Below are positions 1 to 9,159 of a stretch of 64,000 nucleotides of DNA, one piece after another; the stretch's first letter is position 1; each line of letters begins with the position of its first letter. The notes beneath the pieces are model-generated. The model searched no databases and was not told where the DNA came from. It saw only the letters and a list, made by a program, of their open reading frames with translations. The DNA lies in sequence record OQ031072, one strand, 5' to 3'. Source of the DNA: Shigella phage SFPB. The translations under genes were made by a program, and so were the position numbers.

Positions 1-166
1 ATCCAGTTTTCTGCCAAGGTTCCCCCTTGTACCATGCAGCCATTGGGTAACCCATTTCACATACAACCTTTCCGTCTTTTATTTCAAAGAACTCATCAGA
101 TGTGAAATTTTCATTTCGAACTTTCTTGCCCTGTTTCATAGCTTCGAGAGCTTCTTCGTATGTCAT
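1..166 (-). CDS. small phage protein, N-terminal 55 aa only (3' end beyond window); DUF2829-like motif
   Basis: Minus-strand ATG at 166..164 overlapping upstream stop (ATGA); translation MTYEEALEAMKQGKKVRNENFTSDEFFEIKDG...; EAL-x-AMK-x-GKKVR resembles DUF2829-type small phage proteins from memory. Confidence 0.4.
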   Translation of the reverse strand, partial: MTYEEALEAMKQGKKVRNENFTSDEFFEIKDGKVVCEMGYPMAAWYKGEPWQKTG

Positions 167-372
167 TTTTGGTGTCTCCAAAATTCAATGTCAATAAGTT
201 CCTGTGCAATACTCTTCAGATTCCCTTTCAAGAAAACCTTTTCAGAGTTAGGTAGGCTTGCATTATCGATGAGTCTATTCATTCTGTCAAAAAGAGTTTT
301 CTTCCGATTCTTGATAGTCTCTTTTGAAGCACCTTGCATCATGGCGAGATGAGTTCTTCCACGATGGCTCAT
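163..372 (-). CDS. hypothetical protein
   Basis: ORF track 69 aa; start overlaps upstream ORF stop (ATGA). Confidence 0.4.
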   Translation of the reverse strand: MSHRGRTHLAMMQGASKETIKNRKKTLFDRMNRLIDNASLPNSEKVFLKGNLKSIAQELIDIEFWRHQK

Positions 373-569
373 AGACGTTCACCTTTAAGGTAGCCTGTCT
401 TATCCTTGATAATCTTACCTCCAGCAATAAAAATATCAACCTTGCGAAGATTTTCATTAGAAAGCTTGAGGTGCTTATGGCTACTGCAAATGATGATGCA
501 CATAGCCTCAATCTCACTTTGAGAATATCCAGCACATTGCAGTTGAACTTCAATTTCTGAAATAGTCAT
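369..569 (-). CDS. hypothetical small protein (possible HTH)
   Basis: ORF track 66 aa; weak resemblance to LuxR/sigma region-4 HTH; directly downstream of polymerase gene. Confidence 0.3.
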   Translation of the reverse strand: MTISEIEVQLQCAGYSQSEIEAMCIIICSSHKHLKLSNENLRKVDIFIAGGKIIKDKTGYLKGERL

Positions 570-630
570 ACAAGTCTCCTATACAATATATAGTATAAGG
601 TACTCTTCCATGAGCACCTTGTCAACACTA

Positions 631-3330
631 TTAGTGGACTTCAAGCCACGATTTACCAACTTTCCCTGCACCTGTGACCAATGTCTCTTTTCTTAGCCCA
701 AGGTTCTTAGATGCTTGACCATAATACCAGTCAGTTACTGCTTTCACATCTGCTGTCATGCTCTCTGGACATTCCCAGCTTGTTTCATCGTGGTAAGCAC
801 AGAGTAAGCGAGCACCAATAGCTGGTTTACGACCATTCAACTTCATCAAACCCTCATCAATCATACGACGACATGCAAGGTTGATTGCTTCATTCTGAAC
901 TTGTGCTTCTGAACCCATCAGCAAATAGTTCAAGAGTTTGTGTGGAGACTTACACCACAGCCAAGCCCCAGCAACCTTCACAAAACCACCTTTAGCTATT
1001 GCAGCAGTTTTACCAAACACCTCTTCAAGTGCTTTCTTAGTTGCTTTGAAATCAGCTTCCAAGTTGTCTAACAGTTTCTTAATCTTCGGTAAACGCACAA
1101 AGTAAGTCTGCTTAGTCAATGCACCTTCCTGAGTAGTTGCTGCTTTAATTGTTTTAGCAAACTTCTCATCACCTGCACCGAACAACAGGGCATAGATACC
1201 ATTCTTAGCTTTCTTACGCCCCTTGCTAATCTCATGAAGAAGATTCTCATCCTGAGTAGCACGACAAGTCAAGATATCTTGCTCATCATTAAGGCTGAAG
1301 TAGATACTGTTCAGAGTGTGAGCATCAGTCCCTGAGTAAACTACGTACAAATCGTTTTCAGAGTCGTAACGCAGATACTTGTCAATCTCTGGATTCAGAT
1401 ACTGGTCAAAGTGTTTACAGTAGTATCTTCCATCCTCTTGACGGACAAACTCAATCTCTTCTTTACCCTCTGTTACCGCTTTGGTGAAGTCTTTATCACC
1501 CATGAAGTTACAGAGTAGTACAAGCTGTGCAGAGTTCATATCAACAGATACTACGTTGGTTCCCTCTTCACAAATCCACACTGCCCTCATTGGCTCACCG
1601 TACACGGCAGCACCAGAAGGTACGTTTACAATACCATACTGAGTCATACGTCCAGTAGAAGTACCAAACACCATTGCACCTGCACTCAAACGACCATCTG
1701 GACGAATCTGGTTCAGCCAACCTTTCTCATCATCCTTTGAGTTCTCAATAGTCCTGCGTCGGTGCATCAAAGTATAGTACTTCGCAATCTTCTGTCCAAG
1801 CTCACCTTCGATTGTATCATAAGAAGACTCTGTAAGCTTTGGTGAAGTCCTAATCAAGCAAGGCTCAAGCACATCTGTGTACTTCTTAACAGACCAGTTA
1901 TGCTCAATGTAATAGACACCTTCATGCTCAATGTAATTCAATCCACAACGTTCAACCATCTCATCCCACTTAGGATGTTTGCGAATCATCTTTTTGTTGT
2001 CTTTGAATCTGCAAACCTTGATAGGACGACCATCAGAATCTTTTTTATAGTTCCAATCATCAGGAATCCAACCAACGGATTTTAAGTAATCCTTCACCAC
2101 AGCTACCTGAGTCATTCGTGAAACTTCAAACTCAATTGGTGTAAATGGTGCATCAATCAAACCAGTGTAGCGACTAGACTCTAATTCAAAGTGATTAACA
2201 ACGTGAACGTTGTAGTACTTCACAGTTTTCACAGTCTTAACTGGCTTCCAATCTTTACACTTCTTGCCAATCTTCTCATTCAGTTCATTACAAACTGCAC
2301 GAGCATCTTTCATTGCTACAAAACCTTCAGGGTACTCTTCTTTTGTGACCGTGTTAGTTGGAGTGTAGCAGTTGCGCTTCTCAACATTAAAAATCTTTGT
2401 AGTTGGCTTACCATACGGCTTGATAGGGTACTGCTTCAACTCACCTTCACGCATCTGTTCACGATACTTTGTCTTAGGGTACTTGGTAATCCTTTTCAAA
2501 CCATCAACGTGACCAAATGTATCTACATACTCGTTCCAAGACTTGGCAAATTCTTCACCTGTGACTTTACCTTTTGTCTTAATAGTTGGTGGAAGGTGTG
2601 GTTCAACCTCAGCAGCCAACTCGTTAGTTAACTTGTCAAGTTCTTTAACGTGGAACTGCATAAGTTCTACATCAGCTTTCCAACCGTTGATAGCTTGCTG
2701 ACTCATCCAGAAGGATGTTTCTTTAGCTCGCATGTAGGTTTCATAAGTGTCAACACCACACTTCTTAAGTTTGAGGTACTCATTATCAAGAGCACGTTTA
2801 GTTTTGGCGTTAATCTTAATATCTTCTACAACACGAGTAAGAATCTCTGCATTCCAGACACCCCACTCTTCAATCTCTGGTTTACGGACACCTACACGAG
2901 CACCCCATGCAGCTAAACCATGAGCACCTTTGTAACCTTTTGGCGTAGGTCTATCCATCCACTGTACGCGAGATTGGATAAGTGAATCCTGAAAGAAGTC
3001 ACCCCAAGGCTTACACTTAGTATTCTCAAAGTTCCACAGGTCAGGTGCAATGTGATTAAACACCCACCAGTCATAACCAAGACCATTGTGGATACAAAGA
3101 CGTTTAGCTTTCAGTGCAAACTCAACACCTTCACGCAGACCACCTTTGATGTATTTTGTATACTTGTGACCAAGAATAGGCTCATCAGTGAAAACCCACA
3201 CAGCAGGTTCATCACTGTCATCTTTATAGTCTGCGAAAGCCATTACGTGTGCTTTTGTAAACTCAAGGAGCAACCCATCAGTTTCTGTATCACCAACCAA
3301 ATGTAATTTTTCGAAATCTACATTGTCCAT
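631..3330 (-). CDS. DNA polymerase, family A, with 3'-5' exonuclease domain
   Basis: About 900 aa; N-terminal exo motif LVGDTETDGL; C-terminal YHDE motif; likely start MDNVDF at 3330 preceded by GAGGAG RBS on minus strand (track start 3345). Confidence 0.9.
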   Translation of the reverse strand: MDNVDFEKLHLVGDTETDGLLLEFTKAHVMAFADYKDDSDEPAVWVFTDEPILGHKYTKYIKGGLREGVEFALKAKRLCIHNGLGYDWWVFNHIAPDLWNFENTKCKPWGDFFQDSLIQSRVQWMDRPTPKGYKGAHGLAAWGARVGVRKPEIEEWGVWNAEILTRVVEDIKINAKTKRALDNEYLKLKKCGVDTYETYMRAKETSFWMSQQAINGWKADVELMQFHVKELDKLTNELAAEVEPHLPPTIKTKGKVTGEEFAKSWNEYVDTFGHVDGLKRITKYPKTKYREQMREGELKQYPIKPYGKPTTKIFNVEKRNCYTPTNTVTKEEYPEGFVAMKDARAVCNELNEKIGKKCKDWKPVKTVKTVKYYNVHVVNHFELESSRYTGLIDAPFTPIEFEVSRMTQVAVVKDYLKSVGWIPDDWNYKKDSDGRPIKVCRFKDNKKMIRKHPKWDEMVERCGLNYIEHEGVYYIEHNWSVKKYTDVLEPCLIRTSPKLTESSYDTIEGELGQKIAKYYTLMHRRRTIENSKDDEKGWLNQIRPDGRLSAGAMVFGTSTGRMTQYGIVNVPSGAAVYGEPMRAVWICEEGTNVVSVDMNSAQLVLLCNFMGDKDFTKAVTEGKEEIEFVRQEDGRYYCKHFDQYLNPEIDKYLRYDSENDLYVVYSGTDAHTLNSIYFSLNDEQDILTCRATQDENLLHEISKGRKKAKNGIYALLFGAGDEKFAKTIKAATTQEGALTKQTYFVRLPKIKKLLDNLEADFKATKKALEEVFGKTAAIAKGGFVKVAGAWLWCKSPHKLLNYLLMGSEAQVQNEAINLACRRMIDEGLMKLNGRKPAIGARLLCAYHDETSWECPESMTADVKAVTDWYYGQASKNLGLRKETLVTGAGKVGKSWLEVH

Positions 3331-3588
3331 TTTTACTCCTCTCAAATCATTCTGGATAATACCCTACAGCAATTTTCTTCAAAAAGCAAGTTGACAAACT
3401 ACTTGACAAGGTGTTAGTCTTTTCGAAGTGGGTTTTATCTTAATAGACTCCCTTTATAGATTAACTATACAGTTTCTTTAAAAGTCTTAAAAGATTTTTA
3501 ATAGCTTTTAAAAAGCTTTAAAGTTATATGTATAACATACATAAAGATAAGAGATTAAAATCTTTATAGATACTTAACAGAGGCAATC

Positions 3589-4029
3589 ATGCAGAGGATG
3601 TACGTTCACCCAGATATCAATAACCTTGTCCAAGCTTTAGAAAAAGTTGAAGCACTTTACATTGAGGCTCAGAAGGAGTATGCTTATCAACATCGTCGAA
3701 TGGTTGATGTTCAGCATGAGATAGAACTATCAAGTGGATATGACGAAGGTTTAAAGTGCTCGGTATTTGAGCACATGAAAGAGATATCTTCAGAAAGACG
3801 TAAAGCGAAAGACACAATCTTTTTGATAGATACCTTAAAAAATAAGTTGCAAAATGGAACGGACTTAGATAGTCTATCCCAACTGCTTCAGGATGCAGAG
3901 AATACATGGGACAGAAATTACTTCCCACGGTCTGAAAAAGGGCTTGACTTCTCTTCACAAGAAAGCTTAAGATTATCACGACTTACTATTAACAAAATGA
4001 GAGAGATTAAAGATGAAAACTGTAAATGA
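3589..4029 (+). CDS. hypothetical protein
   Basis: ORF track 146 aa. Confidence 0.4.
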   Translation: MQRMYVHPDINNLVQALEKVEALYIEAQKEYAYQHRRMVDVQHEIELSSGYDEGLKCSVFEHMKEISSERRKAKDTIFLIDTLKNKLQNGTDLDSLSQLLQDAENTWDRNYFPRSEKGLDFSSQESLRLSRLTINKMREIKDENCK

Positions 4030-4807
4030 GATTCTGGAAGAAAAAGGTATTGACGAAGCATTCATGCTGAACACCGTTGAGACTCTTGCTATCATTATGC
4101 GTAGCAACTCACTGTCAGGAAAATTTATCCCTGAATCTCTGCGTGTTGTAAAAAACGCTGTAGAGAATGACGAAGATTTCCGTAAAGAGGTTGAATACCT
4201 GCTGTCTAATAAGACTGATGCTCTGAAGACCATCTTCATTGGTGTTGATGCCTTTGCAGCATACATCTTTGATGAAATGTATTCAGGTGGATACATCCAG
4301 ATTACTGAGCAGGGTATTAAAGAACTTGATAACATGAGTGATGAAGACCTTCTGAAAGGTATTTGTACACCAGTTGCTGCTGTAATGGCATCGCTAGAGA
4401 AGCGTATGAATGATAAGTCACCACGTTATGCAAAACTGGATTGGGGCTTTGATGAAGTCTCTGACAAGGCAATTCAGTACGCTGATGAGACAATGAATAA
4501 GCTGTCAGAGATTACTAATGGTCTCTCTTTAGACCCTATTCAGGTTAAGGTAACTTCACTGTTAAACGCTATCTTTAGTATCATGGGTATCCATGCTTTA
4601 CTTGAAGTGTCAAAAATGTTAGAGTCTGACCCAAGCTTTGTAGAGAGCATTTCACAAGGTGCTCATACAGCAGCACTCGGGGATGTATTTAGCCAAACTG
4701 GTGCAGCAGTTCTTAGCACCAAGATTGCAATCAACTTCGGTGAAGAGTTTGTTCAGCAGTTAGAAGCAATGTCTGAGCGTGAACTCACTGGTTCTCAACT
4801 ACAATAA
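4013..4807 (+). CDS. hypothetical protein
   Basis: ORF track 264 aa. Confidence 0.45.
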   Translation: MKTVNEILEEKGIDEAFMLNTVETLAIIMRSNSLSGKFIPESLRVVKNAVENDEDFRKEVEYLLSNKTDALKTIFIGVDAFAAYIFDEMYSGGYIQITEQGIKELDNMSDEDLLKGICTPVAAVMASLEKRMNDKSPRYAKLDWGFDEVSDKAIQYADETMNKLSEITNGLSLDPIQVKVTSLLNAIFSIMGIHALLEVSKMLESDPSFVESISQGAHTAALGDVFSQTGAAVLSTKIAINFGEEFVQQLEAMSERELTGSQLQ

Positions 4808-4864
4808 TTGTGGCATACCCTTAAGCCTCCTTAATTGGGGGCTTTTTATTATGGAGTGACTTAT

Positions 4865-5605
4865 ATGAAAAGTGTTATTGCATTTACTGGAAAAGCTCGT
4901 TCTGGAAAGGATACGTCTTGCAGCATTGTAAAAAATCTATTGAATGAGGCTGGATACACTGTTAAAGTATTTGCGTTTGCCGATAACTTAAAAGCAACTG
5001 CTGGATTTATCTTTGACTTAAACTGGCACGACCTATATGGTGATACGAAAGAAACACCTAAAAAGTTTAGCTTAGATTTTGACAATCTTAACTCCCGTGT
5101 GGCATGGGCTTTCAATATAAACATGAAAAGCAAAGGCATACAAGATGATGCAAAACTTTGTGGGGAAATCACAGACAGGCTTATCAAAGAGTTAAAGAAA
5201 GTTGGTAAACCTACATTGCTTACAAAGCTTGGTTTGAAAAATGAATATATGATTTCCTCAAGACAAATACAGCAAGTCTGGGGTAGTGAGGTTATCCGTA
5301 AAATTCTTGGAGAGCGTTTCTGGATTACAGATTTGGCAGAACGTATTGAAAAATTCTATGGTGATTGCGTTAAGAAAAGTCACATAGGTATTGCACTGGT
5401 ATGTGATTTAAGGTTTGATATTGAAGCTGAGTTCCTTCAAAGCTATGATAGTCAGATAATTGAGATTACAAGAAAAGATGCTATTCAGGTGGCTTCCCAT
5501 AGCTCTGAACGTGGTATCTCCACTAACTTCTCTCGTGATATTATCCAGAATAATGGAACGATGGAAGAATTAGAGAGCAAACTTAAAACCATTATCAATC
5601 TGTAA
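4865..5605 (+). CDS. deoxynucleoside monophosphate kinase-like P-loop kinase
   Basis: MKSVIAFTGKARSGKDT resembles T4 gp1 dNMP kinase N-terminus; GGAG RBS 9 nt upstream of ATG 4865 (track start 4835). Confidence 0.6.
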   Translation: MKSVIAFTGKARSGKDTSCSIVKNLLNEAGYTVKVFAFADNLKATAGFIFDLNWHDLYGDTKETPKKFSLDFDNLNSRVAWAFNINMKSKGIQDDAKLCGEITDRLIKELKKVGKPTLLTKLGLKNEYMISSRQIQQVWGSEVIRKILGERFWITDLAERIEKFYGDCVKKSHIGIALVCDLRFDIEAEFLQSYDSQIIEITRKDAIQVASHSSERGISTNFSRDIIQNNGTMEELESKLKTIINL

Positions 5606-5608
5606 AAG

Positions 5609-5809
5609 GTGTTGAAGATGAGAGAGAATAACTTTAAAGTAATTGACCACCGTACAGTGGAACTCTCATCTCTTTCCAAAGAAGTTATGATGGAGCGACT
5701 TGAAAGGGTCGCTTCAAGAAGGAAAGAGATTGCAGAAGAAATCCATGAGCTTGATAAGATTGAAAACGGTCTTAAGGCAGAACTACAACGAAGAGGTGTG
5801 AATGGCTAA
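5609..5809 (+). CDS. hypothetical protein
   Basis: ORF track 66 aa, coiled-coil-like. Confidence 0.35.
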   Translation: MLKMRENNFKVIDHRTVELSSLSKEVMMERLERVASRRKEIAEEIHELDKIENGLKAELQRRGVNG

Positions 5810-7487
5810 ACAGAGAAAACTGAAAGATGCTGGAACATTTGTAGGTCACTGTGCATGTCCACGCCCTCAATGTTTATCTTCAGATGCAGGTTCTATATAT
5901 CGTCATGATGACGGTTCATATTCAATGACATGTTTCAGTTGTGGAAAAGGTTTTCCAGAGTGGGATTTTGATAAAGGGCAGATTGTGAGTACTCATACTT
6001 CAGGTTCAGAGAATAAAAACCGTACATTTCGTGGTATGGATTTAGATGATGTGAAAGAAAACCTAGAAGCAATGGATTTAAAAGACAGGAAGATTCCTGC
6101 AAAAGTCCTTGAGCGCCTTGGTATTAAAGTTGATATTGACGACAATGGTGACATTGATGCGCACTTCTATCCAACATACAAAAAAGATGAAGATGGTAAG
6201 TTGCAACATGTAGGTTATCGTGTTCGTCACAAATATCCAGATGATTATCACAAAGAGCACTTACGTGGGAAGTTGAAAGACTTTTCTGGTGGTGTCGGAG
6301 ATATCAAAGGTGAACTGGCTATGTTCGGTTCATGGATTGCTCCAGAAGGTGGTAACCGTCTTTTCATCTGGGAAGGTGAGATGGAATGTGCTACAGCAAT
6401 CTACATGACTTCTTTAGCAATTAAAGATAAGTCTAGACGTAAGAATTACTGCCACGTTTCTGTACCATCCGGTGCTAATGTTAAGTCTATCAAAGAGAAC
6501 TATCAGTATATTACTTCCTTTGATGAGATTTACCTATGCTTTGATAATGATGAAGCAGGGGCTAAAGCAACTAAGGAAGCTGCTGGTATCTTACCTATTG
6601 AAAAAGTAAGACTGTTCCAGTATCCTGAAGGTATTAAAGACCTTAGTGAGTGGTGGACTAAGTTCTTCAAAGACAAAGATACAGTCTTGGAAGGATTTAA
6701 ACAACGAATCTACAATGCACCTCGTTACTGCCCTGCTGGTATCAAGAACTTTGCAGATGGTTTCGATGCTATGAAGAATCGTGGTCAGATTCCTTTAATT
6801 CCTTTCCCAGATTCTTTCGGGGATTTGAATAAGTTGACTTATGGCGGGTATGGTTTAGGTGAGATTACAACCCTTGCTGCACCTTCATCTGTAGGTAAGT
6901 CTGCATATACTCGTGAAATGATTTACAAAGCATGGAAAGATACTGAGTACAACATCGGTGTAATTCCTGTAGAAGACACTTACGAAGAACTTATGGAAAT
7001 GCTCTGTGCAATCCATCTTAGTAAGCAGATTTCAGAGATTCCTTACGATGAGCGTAATTGGGATGAGATTAAGGTTGCACATGCTGAGTTGTCAAAAGGT
7101 CGTCGTATTCACATCGTAGACCACCAAGGGGCAATTGACCAAGATAACCTGCTGGAGTTTGTTGACTATCTGGTTAACAGCCTTGATTGTAAGATTATCA
7201 TTCTTGACCCTATTACATTGGCGCTGTCACGCTCTGATACAGATGAAGAAGAAGTTCTGTCTGAGTTACTTCGTCGCTGTAAGCGTTATCAGTATGCTCA
7301 GGTAAACGTGTGTCACGTTCGTAAGAGTGCAGGTGGTCAAAAGGCCAACTCTGAAGGTGGTGATATTTCTGAAGAAGATATCAAGGGTTCTGGTGCATAC
7401 TTCCAGATTTCCATGAACAACATTTTGCTTATGCGTAACAAGGTTGACCCAGACCCTGTTAAAAAGAACTTGACAAAATCAAGTTAA
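5802..7487 (+). CDS. DNA primase-helicase (T7 gp4-like), frame-disrupted near 3' end
   Basis: Zn-finger CxxC...CxxC, TOPRIM (EGEMECA, FDNDEAG), Walker A AAPSSVGKS, Walker B IIILDP; frame ends KKNLTKSS* while helicase C-terminus continues in -1 frame. Confidence 0.85.
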   Translation: MAKQRKLKDAGTFVGHCACPRPQCLSSDAGSIYRHDDGSYSMTCFSCGKGFPEWDFDKGQIVSTHTSGSENKNRTFRGMDLDDVKENLEAMDLKDRKIPAKVLERLGIKVDIDDNGDIDAHFYPTYKKDEDGKLQHVGYRVRHKYPDDYHKEHLRGKLKDFSGGVGDIKGELAMFGSWIAPEGGNRLFIWEGEMECATAIYMTSLAIKDKSRRKNYCHVSVPSGANVKSIKENYQYITSFDEIYLCFDNDEAGAKATKEAAGILPIEKVRLFQYPEGIKDLSEWWTKFFKDKDTVLEGFKQRIYNAPRYCPAGIKNFADGFDAMKNRGQIPLIPFPDSFGDLNKLTYGGYGLGEITTLAAPSSVGKSAYTREMIYKAWKDTEYNIGVIPVEDTYEELMEMLCAIHLSKQISEIPYDERNWDEIKVAHAELSKGRRIHIVDHQGAIDQDNLLEFVDYLVNSLDCKIIILDPITLALSRSDTDEEEVLSELLRRCKRYQYAQVNVCHVRKSAGGQKANSEGGDISEEDIKGSGAYFQISMNNILLMRNKVDPDPVKKNLTKSS

Positions 7488-7792
7488 CGAAATGTCGTCG
7501 TCATGGTAAATCAACTGGTATTGCTGGTCACACTTGGTACAATCCAGATACAGGCCGTCTTGTAAAGGCTGCTGGATGTGGTGTTGATATTGATGGTGCA
7601 GCAGAGAATATTCGTCAGCAGTTTGGTATTGGTGAGGCTGAAGACCATTATGATGACTCTATGCCACACTATGAAGATGTTGATTTTGACCGTGAATCTG
7701 GAGAGATTTACACACAAGAGCAACGTGAAAGCTCCACCATTCCACCTGTGATTAACGAGGATAATGATGACTGTCCGTTCGAAACTGATTGA
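7463..7792 (+). CDS. primase-helicase C-terminal segment (continuation in -1 frame)
   Basis: Open frame translating ...KLTKCRRHGKSTGIAGHTWYNPDTGRL..., resembling T7 gp4 C-terminus; no start codon of its own. Confidence 0.6.
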   Translation, partial: KELDKIKLTKCRRHGKSTGIAGHTWYNPDTGRLVKAAGCGVDIDGAAENIRQQFGIGEAEDHYDDSMPHYEDVDFDRESGEIYTQEQRESSTIPPVINEDNDDCPFETD

Positions 7793-8045
7793 TAGTTATC
7801 TGAAGGAGGGTTTTGAACCCTTCTATTCAGAAGAAAGTAGAAAAAAATTTGTAAAAGAGTGCTTGACTAAGATAGAGCAGTTCGGTAAAGTACTCATCAA
7901 CAAGGGACATGAAGTAAAGTTTGAGCACTTATCAAAAGATAATGTTGAGCAGTTTGCATTAGCGATTGATGGTTTATCTACAGTTTACATCTTTACCTTG
8001 ACTAATAAACATTTTGAATATGAAATATATCGGAGAGATTCATGA
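7764..8045 (+). CDS. hypothetical protein
   Basis: ORF track 93 aa. Confidence 0.35.
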   Translation: MMTVRSKLIDSYLKEGFEPFYSEESRKKFVKECLTKIEQFGKVLINKGHEVKFEHLSKDNVEQFALAIDGLSTVYIFTLTNKHFEYEIYRRDS

Positions 8046-8179
8046 AACATTCTAAAGCATTCGAGAAAGTATTTGGTGATTCCATGAAAGCAACTGCTGG
8101 TAAACCTGCTGAATACTATGTACAGAAGCGAGTTCGCATGGGTAAGACGGCTCGTAAAGCAGCTAAGAAATCTGCTTAA
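8042..8179 (+). CDS. small basic protein (45 aa)
   Basis: ATG 8042 preceded by GGAGAG; MKHSKAFEKVFGDSMKATAGKPAEYYVQKRVRMGKTARKAAKKSA; below track size cutoff. Confidence 0.3.
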   Translation: MKHSKAFEKVFGDSMKATAGKPAEYYVQKRVRMGKTARKAAKKSA

Positions 8180-8184
8180 AGTGT

Positions 8185-8213
8185 TTGACAAGGGAGTACG
8201 AAGTCTGTAAGAT
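8185..8213 (+). promoter_or_regulatory. sigma70-like promoter TTGACA-N17-TAAGAT with hairpin spanning spacer and -10
   Basis: Sequence match to consensus; inverted repeat GGAGTAC/GTACTCC. Confidence 0.45.
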
Positions 8214-8264
8214 TGTACTCCTTGATAGTTGAGTTGAAAGTTAATTTGAGAAAGAGGTATTAAA

Positions 8265-8672
8265 ATGTCTAAAGTTGTTAAAATGAAAGCTCCGGTAGAG
8301 AAGTACAATGGTCAAGAACGTGAGACTCTGCGTTACCTACTGAAAGATGTTTGGTTCTATTACCTGAACACTATTCCACGTCCTCAAAAGGGTAAATCTG
8401 TGGATAAGCATTTTCCGGGCAAAGATTGTAACTACAGCGTTTCAATTCTGGCAAAAGATGGTAACAAGCTCTTTAAAGAGTTCACCAAATCCAAGCGCAA
8501 TGCTGAAGGTTGGGATAAAGTTACTACAGAGGCTGTTGATGCAGATGACTTCGAAGAGAAGTTTGGTTGTGAGCCTCCGTTTGAAGCTGACACCTATCAC
8601 ATCCTGAAGGTTAGCCGTTCAGCAGCATATAAAGACGGTGCTGTGTGGTCAGCAAAACAGAGTTTCCTGTAA
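8265..8672 (+). CDS. SSB-like protein, N-terminal part (T7 gp2.5-like)
   Basis: ORF track 135 aa; sits in replication module; downstream ORF in -1 frame carries LVPY and acidic tail. Confidence 0.45.
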   Translation: MSKVVKMKAPVEKYNGQERETLRYLLKDVWFYYLNTIPRPQKGKSVDKHFPGKDCNYSVSILAKDGNKLFKEFTKSKRNAEGWDKVTTEAVDADDFEEKFGCEPPFEADTYHILKVSRSAAYKDGAVWSAKQSFL

Positions 8673-9124
8673 TGCTGGTTGAAGAAATCAACGGTAAGCG
8701 TGTTGCAGTTAAGCAGCCTATGAAGAAAATCAAGGCAGCAAAATCTGATAAGCACGATGATGATAAGACTTACGATGTAATTCATCCAGATATTGCAGTT
8801 GGTAACGGCTCATTTGGTAGTGTGATTCTGGCGACTCACTTCTACACATTTGAAGGTAACGTTCTGACCAAGCCAATTCAGGAACAATTTATCATTGATA
8901 CTCTGGTTCCTTACACTGGTGGTACTGGTGGTGCTACTGAGACTGAACTGGATGAAGATGAACTGGCAATGCTTGGTCTTGCAGGTGTTGAAGACAACGG
9001 TGAAATCACTGAAGAAGATGCAAAAGATTCTGGTGATGAAGGTAAAGGTGGTGATGACGATGACGACGACCTACCAAACCCAGATGATGACGACGAAGAT
9101 GATTTCGAAACTGACGACGAGTAA
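8645..9124 (+). CDS. acidic C-terminal protein; probable SSB C-terminal part
   Basis: C-terminus GGDDDDDDLPNPDDDDEDDFETDDE; LVPYTGGTGG resembles T7 gp2.5; internal ATG at 8672 overlaps upstream stop (TAATG). Confidence 0.45.
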   Translation: MVSKTEFPVMLVEEINGKRVAVKQPMKKIKAAKSDKHDDDKTYDVIHPDIAVGNGSFGSVILATHFYTFEGNVLTKPIQEQFIIDTLVPYTGGTGGATETELDEDELAMLGLAGVEDNGEITEEDAKDSGDEGKGGDDDDDDLPNPDDDDEDDFETDDE

Positions 9125-9159
9125 TAGTCAGTAACTACTACAAAGCCCTGTACAGACGT

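Noticed and set aside
287-553. Minus-strand ORF 287..553 (88 aa)
   Set aside because: Overlaps the two small minus-strand ORFs in a third frame; likely spurious, though the three together might be one frame-disrupted small regulator.
1900-3306. Plus-strand ORFs 1900..2085, 2191..2631, 2650..2916, 3052..3306
   Set aside because: Antisense to the DNA polymerase gene; low-complexity, hydrophobic translations typical of shadow ORFs.
3346-3588. Promoter calls in the AT-rich divergent region between the polymerase and ORF 3589
   Set aside because: Several TTGACA-like hexamers exist but none with a convincing 17-nt spacer and -10; left unannotated.
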